A stretch of 64,000 nucleotides of DNA from Octopus sinensis (lineage: Eukaryota): positions 78,554,001-78,618,000 of the forward strand of contig NC_042998.1 in NCBI RefSeq assembly GCF_006345805.1. Reading direction: 5' to 3'. The position numbers were made by a program, and so were the translations under genes. The notes under the pieces were generated by a model, which saw only the letters and a program-made list of their open reading frames with translations, was not told the origin of the DNA and did not search any database. Positions within the stretch are counted from its first letter, which is position 1. The number at the start of each line of letters is the position of its first letter. This document shows, in pieces, positions 52,201 to 63,672 of the stretch.

Positions 52201-53574
52201 AAGATATGGTCTGCTGTCCTACACTTTTATTAACTGTCCTATGTGCCTTTTTCATCGCGAGCAAAGACACTTTATCGGTACTTCCCCTTTTCTCGCTCGA
52301 CCCAACGGAGCATCAGAGACCAAACAGCTGGAGGAGCAACTACTTTCTTCCAGCTGAGTAGACTAGAACATTAAATGATATCCCTTGCTCGTGGATACAC
52401 TGCGCCGCACGATCCAGGAATTAAACCCACGTCCTTGATATTGAGCCAACACTCTAACCACTTGGCCACGCACTTGTGTGTGAGTGTGTTTGTGTGTGTG
52501 TGTGTGTGACCAGGTGGTTAAGAAGTTCGTTTCGCAACATGTTCTCGAGTTCGATCAATAGGTTTTAATCAACCCATACCTAGTACGAGAAATATCAACA
52601 GAAACTGAATAAAAAGTGTTCGGGTGGATTGTATCTGAAATTTAAAGTTACCTCCTTATTACATTGTCACACTGATTCTGTCCGAGAATTACGCTTAGGT
52701 TACACAAATCTGTGGAATGTTCTGCTATTTTCACGTATTTTTCAGGAGCAGGTAATTCTGTTGATCGAGGGTATTCTCTATACATACGTGTATGTGTGAA
52801 TAGCAGAAATAATCATTAAAAATTTGACAACCTTCTGTTATTTAGGTCACTAAATGAACCGTTGTCAATGACACTCTTTATCCCAGTTTTTGTTGTTGGT
52901 CCCGAAATTAGCGGTAATAAAAACACTACGACCAAAAATATGAGAATGCTAGTATATATATGCATAAAAACATCAGCGTGAAGGTTTGTTACTGTTTAAA
53001 ATGATTTCCTTTCCTCTAAAATCATTTTACTAATGTAGTACTATATTTAACACTATATAAATATATTTGTACATGGTGTTATTCAGGGACTTTCGGCTGC
53101 TGGCGAGAAATCTTCCGATGAAACCTGTTCAGTTAGATACCTGAATAACAGAATATTACCTATATATTTATTGATCTATCAGACGTGACATACACATGAC
53201 GACTCCACAAACTCAGTCTCCGGCGACGTTAATGTATTAATACTAATAATTTTTTACCTTTGGCACAAGGTCACATTTTGGGGAACGGAGTAGTCGACTT
53301 AATCCTTCCACCGCCTGACAGGTATACACATTTATCGACCTTAGAAGACGGAAAGGTTATGACGACCTCGTCTATAAAGGGATGAACTAATACAGAGCAA
53401 GGCATCTTGTCTGCTACGCTACTTTCATAATCTTAATAATGATTTTTTTCTAGTTTTGGTACAAGACTTGCAATTTTGAGGGCTGTGGAAAGTACATGAT
53501 TGTTACTTTTTTTTTTCGTCGACCACGAAAGGATGAAAGGCTAAGTTAACTTCGACGGGATGTGAGCCCAGAAC

Positions 53575-54210
53575 ATGATTTGCGTTGGACAAAGCATATC
53601 TCTAAGATTGTCAGGAAGGCCGAGGGTGTCTTGGCATCACTCAGCAGGTCTTTTGTTAGCCGCTCTCCAGCCATCTATTTAAAACTGTATACAGCTATGG
53701 TACGACCACACTTGGAATTTGCATCATCAGTTTGGAACCCCTATCTTGCACAGAACATTGACCTCCTGGAATCTGTCCAGAGACGTGCAACCAACGCATA
53801 CCCTCCATCAGACACCTACCATATTCTGAGCGCCTTGTTTCCCTGGGCATGGATTCACTGAAGCTCCGGCGTCTGGCGACGTACTTGGTAAACACCCACA
53901 AAGTTATCAACCACCTCACCAACAACAACACTGAACACCTTTTTGATCTCCATGTGTCTAACACACGTGGACATGCCTACAAAGTCAGAAAACAATACAG
54001 CTCTCATGACTTTCGGAAACATTTTTTCACGCTCAGAGTTGCTGAAGCATGGAATAAACTGCCTGCGTCAGTTGTTGACTGCCATGACACTGCATCTTTT
54101 AAGGCCCTCATGCTTTCCGAAATCCGCCGAAACTACACCTGATTATATATACACTTTAGATGAGTTGTAGTGCACCTGAGCACTGTACACAATTATTATT
54201 ATTATTATTA
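53575..54210 (+). mobile_element. Young 5'-truncated CR1 LINE 3' end, inserted in a SINE-B
   Basis: HDLRWTKHISKIVRKAEG...MVRPHLEFASSVWNPY...LESVQRRAT/RIPSIRHLPYSERL...RGHAYKV...FFTLRVAEAWNKLP, with one frameshift near 53793. It has a 3' UTR stem-loop (AGTGC-ACCTGA-GCACT) and an (ATT)n tail. Confidence 0.9.
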
Positions 54211-54439
54211 AAAAAAAAAACAGAAGAAATACCTCTAAGCATTTTGTCCGACACGTTAACGATTTTGAGAGCTTGCCGCCTTCCTAATAACTATAATTCC
54301 TTCTAATTTTGCCTCCCAGCCAAACAATTTTGAGGGTAGGGTGAAGTCGATTACATCCGCCCCCAGTACTCTTACTTTATTTTATCGACTCCGATCAAAA
54401 GCAAAGTTGACCTCGGTTGAATTCTTTGCCTTTCAGTAG

Positions 54440-54582
54440 TAATAATAGAGATTATAATAATAATAATGATAATAATAACAATAATAATAATAACAATAAT
54501 AATAATGATAATAATAACAATAATAATAATAACAATAATAATAATAATAATGATAATAGTAATAATAATAATAATAATGATA
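54440..54582. repeat. Interrupted (AAT)n microsatellite
   Basis: Direct reading; explains the poly-N and poly-I ORFs. Confidence 0.95.
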
Positions 54583-55326
54583 ACCTTTTCTTTTATATAG
54601 TATTTGTGTTTCACGACTCTAGAAGGGTGAAAGGAAATTTTAAACTGGTAGGGATGTGAACTCAGGAACCTTAACCCTAAATTGTTTACGCTTTCATAAA
54701 CAAGCCTCATATTATGTAATGGATGTTTTAGAATTAGGTCACGGTTTTTCGTTCCAGTAATGTATATGTTTCTAATTTATGTAATTAAAATGTCGACCGA
54801 GGTACACGTGTTCATAAATTTCCACTTTGTTCCGAAGTAAACATATTTACTATTATATGTCAGCTAACAGACAAAAGAAAAAGTGCTTACAAATACAAAG
54901 AGGGGGAAACACCACCGTAAAACGGCGAGCCGTCATTATTTGGTATCTAATGTAAATCTATTCCATTTTCAAAGATTCACATTGTAATTAGGACTGAGAG
55001 TTTTGCAGCTTCGTTTTATTTAAAAATTCATCCCTTCTTTCTCTCTCTCTCCTATATTCATTTCACACACGCTCACACATATGCACACGCGCGCACAGCC
55101 CTCCTACATTATGTCACATGTGTATGTAATATGTGAACATCTACTTCAATATATTTTTGTGTGTAATATATATGTATATATATATTCCGCCGAGGTCGAC
55201 TTTGCCTTACATCCTTTCGGGGTGATTAAATAAGTACCAGTTATGCACTAGTGTCGATGTAATCGACTTAATCCCTTTGTCCTTGCTTGTCCCCTCTATG
55301 TTTAGCCCCCTGTGGGCAATAAAGAA

Positions 55327-55365
<39 letters not shown>

Positions 55366-56785
55366 AATAATGAGTAATATCTGTCTGTCTGTGGTTTCAA
55401 CTATTTTTACCTATGGACCCGTTTGATTCATGTTTTACTCGGGTGGCCTCCCATAGCCATTAAATGTGTAAAAAGTACTATCATATCTTTATAATTGAAT
55501 ATAGGGAATTGAATAATAAAAAAAAACACCGTTTAAATGTTTTGTCTATTGTAGAAGTATAAACAATTTATTATACATAAATTTTAACATCTTATATGGA
55601 CCCCTAGGGTCGTCACATGGAACCCGATTGTGAACCAGTGGTGTAGGTTGTATGTGCAGAGAAAGAAAGAGACAGACAGAAAGAGAGAGAGAGAGAGAGA
55701 CAAACAAAAATAAAGAAATAGAGAGAGAGAGATACATGCATATGTTATAGATATATATAAGTACGAATATGTTAACCATTTCACGTTCGCTTGTTAAGTT
55801 AAAAGTACAACCGGGTGTATGTATATCTGAGTGGGTGTGCTTCAGTAATGTCAAAAGGAAAAAGACGGAGAGAAAAACCGAAACTAGTGCAATTTATGCA
55901 ACGAGGTTATTGCATACTACGTAATAGTCAGCCTACTATTGCACCACTTAGTATTAGCAGCAACAACAAAGGTACAACTGCAGCAGCTGAATGAAAAAAA
56001 AAAGAAAAAGTAATAACGTCTATTAATATTTTCAACTCTACTACGCACGCGCGCGCTTGTGTGTCTGTTTCTGTGACAAGGAAAATATCGTCGTAATAGC
56101 ACGGTGCGTGTGTGTGTCTGTGTATGTGTGTATGTGTATGTGTGTGTGGTGCATATTGTTTAGATTACACGATTATTTCTCGTCAATGTTTCTTGCTTTG
56201 GTTTTATTTCTTTTTCTTTTTTTTTCTTTTAACATTTATGACATTTTTATCGAAGTATTTTCCCATTTCTGTTTTACTTGTAATGGGTTAACACTGCTTT
56301 TGCGAGTAGGCGCTCTCTTTCTCTGTTTCTCTCTCTCTTTCTCTCTCTATTTTTCTCCATTCTCTCTCTCCCTCTCTCTATTTTTCTCCATTCTCTCTCT
56401 TTCTCTGACACACACACACACTTCCTCTCCTGAATCGAGGTTTATCTTAACGTGTAGAATAGTTAACTGTGCTAACCTGCACTTTTATATTACGTTAATA
56501 CGACTACAAAGGCTTCTTTACTCCTCTTCTCTTCTCTCTCTTTCTCTCTCTCTGCATTAGCATATATATGTGAAAAAATGTTTTGAATGTGTATGAGAAT
56601 ATATATATGTGTGTATATATATATATATGTATATGTGTGTGTGTATGTTTGTATAAACGTGTTATACAAGTATAATACAAGGTAAAAATAACAGTCATTA
56701 CATATTCTTTTATTGTAGTAAATTTAGCTTACAGCTGTTTCTCGTAATCATAATAGGCTCGTTCATTGTTTTACTCAGTCTGTCC

Positions 56786-56786
<1 letters not shown>

Positions 56787-56820
<34 letters not shown>

Positions 56821-56842
56821 CTATGTATGTATCTATCAATCG

Positions 56843-56889
<47 letters not shown>

Positions 56890-56919
56890 CTATGTATGTA
56901 TCTATCAATCGTCTGTCTG

Positions 56920-56964
<45 letters not shown>

Positions 56965-56992
56965 ATGTATCTATCTATCAATCGTCTGTCTG

Positions 56993-57030
<38 letters not shown>

Positions 57031-57070
57031 AATCGTCTGTCTGTCTGTCTAATTATCTATCTATCAATCA

Positions 57071-57132
<62 letters not shown>
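56787..57132. repeat. Compound (ATCT)n/(GTCT)n/(CT)n array
   Basis: Direct reading, with recurring TATGTATCTATCAATCGTCT interruptions. Confidence 0.9.
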
Positions 57133-57134
<2 letters not shown>

Positions 57135-57264
57135 ATATATATATAATATATAGTCACAATGAAGACATTTATCCATGATACACTGGCTTGCTATATTAAA
57201 TTTTGAAGAGATAATCCTTCAATGAATATATTATATGGAACATTGTATTGTAAAATACCAAACA

Positions 57265-57560
57265 TTCGAACGAGGTTGTTGCCAGTGCCGCTGGACTGGC
57301 TCCTGTGCAGGTGACATGTAAAAAACACCATTTGAGCATGGCTGTTGCCAGTACCGCCTGACTGGCCCTCGTTCCGGTGGCACATAAAAGCACCCACTCC
57401 ACTCTCGGAGTGGTTAGCATTAAGAAGGGCATCCAGCTGTAGAAACTCTGCCAGATCAGATTGGAGCCTGGTGCAGCCATCTGGCTTGCCAGTCCTCAGT
57501 CAAATCGTCCAACCCATGCTAGCATGGAAAGTGGACGTTAAACGACGATGATGATGATGT
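57265..57560 (+). mobile_element. RTE 3'-UTR module or RTE-dependent SINE with (GAT)n tail
   Basis: GGCACATAAAAGCACC...AAGAAGGGCATCCAGCTGTAGAAAC...CATGCTAGCATGGAAAGTGGACGTTAAACGACGATGATG, the same module that ends the RTE copy at 59668-60429. Other copies lie at about 41080-41260, 42640-42800, 43830-44030 and 58580-58770 (-), and 43230-43360 and 57580-57815 (+). Confidence 0.75.
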
Positions 57561-57821
57561 ATGTATATATGCCTCATAGAGGCAAAGTAGTCGATTGAAA
57601 AGCTCCTGTTGGGCCTCAGGGAAGTAATGACCGAGACCTTTGTCATTATGTCATGCTTGAGAAAAAGACCCATTGAGCAAAGTAACATCACAGTTGTGGC
57701 AGATACCAGTGTCATGCAAATGGCCTCTGTGCTCGTGGCACATAAAAGCAGCATACTAGCTGGTCAAACTGTCCAACCTGTGCTAGCATGGACAACATAT
57801 GCTAAATGATGATGATGACGA

Positions 57822-58405
57822 TAGTATGATCCACTGGATGTGTAATGTCGGTGTGCTTACATAACTGAGTGTAAGGGCCCTGAGAGAAAAGTTGGACATA
57901 AGAAGCATCAAATGTGGTGTGCAAGAGAGACAGCTGCATTGGTAGTGTTATGTATTACATATGGATGAGGACAGCTGTGTGAGGAAGTGCCACTCCCTAA
58001 CTCTGGAAGGAACCTGTGGAAGAGGTAGATCCAGGAAGTCAAGGGATGAGATGGTGAAGCATGACCTTTGAACATGAGGCCTCACAGAGGCAATGACAGG
58101 AGACAGAGACCTTTGGAGATATGCTGTGATTGAGAAGACTCAGCATCTAAAGTCAGATTGCAGCCATGGCTAATGCCAGTGTTGTATGTCTGGCCCATTT
58201 AAAAGTATCCTTGATGCATAGGGTGTTATGATATGCTTCAGAAGACCTGTTGAGTCAAGTAAAACCAAAATCGCAGCTGTAGCCAGTGCCCCTTGACTGG
58301 CTCCCATTCCAGTGGCATGTAAAATGAATTTTCCAAACGTAGTCAATGCCAGTGTTGCCTGACTGGCTCTAGTGCCTGTGGCACGTAAAAATCACCATCC
58401 AAACA
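57822..58405 (+). mobile_element. RTE LINE 3' fragment
   Basis: WMCNV...EGTCGRGRSRKSRDEMVKHDL-type ORF end, colinear with 59668-60050. Confidence 0.8.
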
Positions 58406-59153
58406 TATATACATATATATATACACATGTATGTATGTATGTATATACTTATGTACATCAATATCATCATCTACTGTCCACATGGAAGAGGTATGTTAAA
58501 TGATCATGAGGATGTATATATATATATATATAATAAGGGATATCCATTTTCTATTGCAATGTCTTTGTATATATGTACGTTTCATCATCATCATCATCAT
58601 CATTCAATGTCCATTTTCCATGCTGGCATGGGTTAGATGGCTTGACACAAGCTGGCAAGGCCAGGGGCTGCACCAGGTTCCATCATCTATTTTGGCCTTG
58701 TTTCTACAGCTGGATGTCTTTCCTAATGCCGAGTGTGCAAGATGCTTTTTATATGAAACCAGCAATAAGAAGGTCATTTAGATTACAAGACTAAGCTCCC
58801 ATTGAACTGAGTAGGACCACAGTGGAGAAGGGAAGCTGTTTTATGCTAGGTGATGAGAAGTTAAAGTATCAAAAGATACAGCTGAAAGAGGTTTCATGGT
58901 ATTTGTGTGGTACATAGTAATTCACTTTATATAAGAGTATTCAATCAGAGTGAAGATGGAGAGATAAACATGGTGGTGATGAGATGGCAGCCTAAGCTTT
59001 CAAGCTACAAGGTGAATAAGAGAGTACAGAAGAACTGGAAGGGTGGTGGATAGACATTAGAAGAGTGTATGGAAAGTGTTGTCCCTTTTTCCATTGTATT
59101 TGTTTACTGTTGGCCAGAATGTTCAGTGGAAAAGAATTGAGAATTTTGCTTAA

Positions 59154-59375
59154 CCCTTTCGATACCAACCTGGCTGAAACTGACTCTGGCCCTATAGTAC
59201 AAATGTCTTGTTTTCATAAGTTTTGAATTAAAATCTTCCACCAGACCTTAGTCACAATTTATGTTCCTGACACTAGCTTAATGATAACTTAGTTATTTTA
59301 CTAAATTCTTTGTTATTTTAAAAATTAATTGAAAGAAACACAGAGCACCTCTACAGAAATACGGTAACGAAAAGG
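59154..59375. mobile_element. piggyBac-type MITE, 222 bp, TTAA TSD
   Basis: TTAA|CCCTTTCGATACC ... GGTAACGAAAAGG|TTAA; TIRs match at 11 of 13 positions; TTAA at 59150-59153 and 59376-59379. Confidence 0.85.
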
Positions 59376-59667
59376 TTAAGTTGTATATTCACTTTAACCA
59401 AGATGAGATGACTGATGACTGTGTGTCATTGGACTGTCCAATTCCTACAATAAATTTCTACTCTAGAAATAATCTATGCCGAGTGTTTTCTATTTTAGAG
59501 GTTGTAGCATAATTACAACCTTCTACTTCATGTGTGTGTGTGTCTATATGTGTGTATGTATGTATATATCATTATTATTATTATTAAGGTGACAAGCTGG
59601 CAGAATTGTTAGCATGCCAGACAAAATGTCACTAGGCATTTTGTCCCACTCTACATTCTGAGTTCGA

Positions 59668-60429
59668 ATGCCTGTTATCCTTTTTGACATGCATAGACTC
59701 GAAAGAAATAAAGCTAGCATGATCTGCTGGATGTGTAATGTCAGTGTGCACGCACGACAGAGTGTAAGCACCCTGAGAAAAATGTTGGATAAAAGAAGCA
59801 TTGGATGTGGTGTGCAAGAGAGATGTTTGCGCTGTATGGTCATGTACTACGGATGGATAAGGAGAGATGTGTGAAGAATAGTGCCACTCCCAAACAGTTG
59901 AAGGAATCCGGGGTAGAGGTAGACCCAGGAAGACATGGGTTGAGGTGGTCAAGCATGACCTTCGAATGTTGGGCCTCACAGAGGCAATGACAAAAGACTG
60001 AGACCTCTGGAGAAATGCTGTGACTGCGAAGACCCGACAAATAAAGTGAGTTCATGGCTGTATCCTACACCAGCTTACACAACCAGCCCCAGTCCATTCA
60101 AGGTACCTTGGATCGCAGGTCAGCCTGCTGTGCTCACCTTGGATCGCAGGTCAGCCTTCTGTGCTTACCTTGGATCGTAGGGTGACCTGCTGTGCTTGAG
60201 GAGACCGAATGTGGCCGATGCCAGCCTCCACTGGCCCTGTGTGCCGGTGGCACGTAAAAAGCACCCACTACACTCATGGAGTGGTTGGCGTTAGGAAGGG
60301 TATCCAGCTGTAGAAACACTGCCAGATCAGACTGGAGCCTGGTGCAGCTTCCTGGCTTCCCAGACCCCGGTCGAACCATCCAACCCATGCTAGCATGGAA
60401 AACAAACGTTAAACTATGATGATGATGAT
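59668..60429 (+). mobile_element. RTE LINE 3' fragment with complete 3' UTR
   Basis: LERNKASMICWMCNVSVHARQSVSTLRKML...GRGRPRKTWVEVVKHDLRMLGLTEAMTKD, then a UTR ending in (GAT)n. Confidence 0.85.
60105..60197. repeat. 31-bp tandem repeat, 3 units, inside the RTE 3' UTR
   Basis: ACCTTGGATCGCAGGTCAGCCTGCTGTGCTC starts at 60105, 60136 and 60167. Confidence 0.9.
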
Positions 60430-63400
60430 AAGCACACACTGTATGTGTACACCTGTTTACACATTCTCACATGTACTCGTGCACACTCACATATATAGTT
60501 TAAAGAATTATGCATATGTAAGAATTTTATCTGAAACATAAGTCAACAAACATCTTCAGGTTAGCGAAAAGGTGAAATAGTATACTGAAAAGTGCAGTTA
60601 AGCTGTACTTTAATATGCTTACTATAAATTCTAATGTTCGTCTCTGAAAAGTATTACCTGTGGTGGTAACTACTCACTGTGTCAAGATCCTCTAGTTGCA
60701 GAATCTCACCAAGAAATGTTGTTTTGCTATAATACTGTTGTAACGAAAAATGAGATGGGTAGCTAAGTGGAGTAATATCTCTCTCTCTCGTTTTCTCATT
60801 GTCTGTCTATCCCTCTATATATTTGTTGACCCACCCTGTTTACTGTAAGTTGAGTGTTGTATCTAGTGCTGTTGTTAACATTACCAAAGCCTTCATTTTG
60901 TGTCTATTCTGTTAAATAGGGGTGTTTGTTATTGCTGTCCTCATGTGTGATTCTTACTATATCCAGCTTCATCTGAGATCTCACACAGTATTTACAACAC
61001 CTTGTTTGAATTTGTAGACATTTATTTTATGTAGATAGCTTGTGTTTTGAAAGATGCTTTTGAAGAGCTGTGTTTCTTTGAATTCTAAGCTATTGCAGTA
61101 TCTTACCTTGAGACAAAACTCTTGGCACCATGTCAAGGCATCTTGTTTAATGATTTTCATAACTCCTAGTCCACAAAGTCCTTCCAGTAGTTTCCAAATA
61201 TAAATTACTGCTCGTTTGTTACTAAATATATTTTACTTCTTTGCTCCAGTTGGTCTTAATCTTTCAATTCTCTTCTAGTAATTCAACTGCTGCACTGAGG
61301 CAATATTCTCAGTGTAGGACTTAGAGATTTTTCTTTTAAGCAGTGAACTTGACACAATGAGAGGATCATAGCTAGGAGCAACAATCCAAATAACTGAAAA
61401 AAAATATCTTTTATAGGATCAGCATGACTTGTTCACAAGCTCCATCTTACCAGTATTTTCATACACTTTTACCATTTTAGTAATATACACCTAAAATGAC
61501 ACCTCATTTTTCATTATGATTTCCAGTTCTTGCACATATAACTATGGGTTTGCAATTTTTCCTGGCTGTAGAAAATGCACTTAGTATAACCTATAAAGTG
61601 GTTGGTGTTAGGAAGGACATCAATCCTTAGAAAACAAACCAGATGTTTAAATGTGAGATGATGACTTTGGATGATGCTGGTTAGCTATCTAAATGTAAGA
61701 CTGAATTCTTGTGGGTTATATTGCCACCTATAATGTAAACCAGATACATTGATTAACTAAGTACCTCATAATATAATGAATTGAACTCTGGACTTACATT
61801 GAGCTATTTCTAAATACTTTGACAATGAAAATAAATGTTAAAATTTTGGAAAATATTTTCTTATCCTTTAATACCTGAGTGAGTCTATAAATAAACTGTG
61901 AATAGCAGTTCTTATAATGAAGTTTAATGGCTCTGTGCTGTAAGTGCTAAGCTGCTGAAAACATGGTTATGAGTTCAAATCTTAATTTTACTATAGCTAT
62001 CATGTTGTAGCATTGGTTAAGTAATATAACATTTTATTTGACTGCTGAAGTAAGTTACACCATTTCTATTTCACAGTTGTGTAGTTATCATCACAAAATA
62101 GGATATTAAACTGTAAAAACTGACAGTTGTTTGGGAATATGTAAATGTAGGTATGATTGAGTATTGTATAAATTTGCAACAACAAAAAAATGAAGTACAT
62201 CCTACCCATTAGAGAATAGAAAATGGATGTGAAACTGTAAACAGTAGAAAAATAAACTCTTTATGTTGCTAGACATTATAGATACTTAGCTTGATATTAT
62301 ATATATATATTGCTGAGAAAAGGAGTTAAAGCAGAAACCAGCTAGGCACTTTGGAAGAAGTAAAATTGTTGGAAAGCTCTGATAATGTAGCTGATTGAGT
62401 AAAAGATTCCATTAGTTTTTATATTTGTAGCCATTCTACATTCTAATATAAAGAGATCTTCTTCCAAAATTTTGGACTTAAAAACTTTTTGTGATGGTAT
62501 TTCTAAAGAAAATAATCCAAATTTGGAGGAACTTAATTGATATCTAACTATAAGGTATTTGGAATCTATCTTAACTAAAAGTTCTTATTAAGAGTCATGA
62601 TGAGGGGGTTTAATTAAATGTGAATACTTTGAAATGTGAGGTTTTGTATCATTGAAGCAGGAGGGGATTTCAGGTGGATTGGTATTGAAAGGAACATACA
62701 GTTTTTTTAAAAAGATATTTGGTTGCTATAGTGAGCAAGTCAAGTATCTATGTAACAACTACCTCTGCATGCCTGTCTGTCTGTCTACCTCCCCTCGCTC
62801 TCCTCTCTCTCTCCTCCTCTCCCCCTCTCTCTCCTCTCATAAACACTATAGTTTATTGTAATGAAGGAAAATTAGTGAAGACTGGTGTGACGAAAAGATC
62901 TGGGAGGGAAGCAATGTTTGAAGGCAAGCAAATGTAGGTATCTTTACTAGGTTGCTCAACCTGCTAGCAATAGCAGCCAAGTCTCATTCAGCTGGCATCT
63001 AATCACCAACAAGGGTCTTATTTGTTAATGTAGTCCAAGATACCTCCTCTCAAAAAACGATTATGGATAGAATGTTTTTTGATGATAAACCCATTTAAAT
63101 TCGACTTCTCTAAATCACAACACTGCTTGAAAGTAGACATTCAAGTAAACATCCAGTGGTTTCATATTGAATGTATTGACCAACTAGTTTTTACCCATTC
63201 TTAATACATAATCATAAATGAAGCACAAAATCTATCAGTTTCAGCTAACATCTACAATCATCTCCTAATACATCTTCACTCAGCTCACATCGCCCATTCT
63301 TCACCCTAGTAAAACAAATGATCAGACAGGCGCTAGACAATCAAATAAATGGTTAGGCAAGTCAGAGATGTTTAAGTTTGTAGAAAGAGTGACTGAACTA

Positions 63401-63639
63401 ACAGATGATAGATAGAAAAAAATGGCTAGGAAGATTGGTTAGCTAGGTTGATAGACAGGTAGATAACAGATTATTCAAGTAGATCATTTGTCAGATGGGG
63501 CAGGTCTATGATTAGACAGAAGAAGCACTGGTACACACAGACAGCTAGACAAGTAAAAGGGTAACAAGCAGTTTTGCTACTTGAGTTGGTAAATGTTTTG
63601 GCAGAGTCGTGTGTGTGTGTGTTTTTGCGCATTTGCACA

Positions 63640-63672
<33 letters not shown>

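Noticed and set aside
61925-62056. 39-bp plus-strand exon candidate ending GAA|GTAAGT
   Set aside because: Falls within a decayed tRNA-SINE-like sequence (GAGTTCAAATC B-box remnant just upstream).
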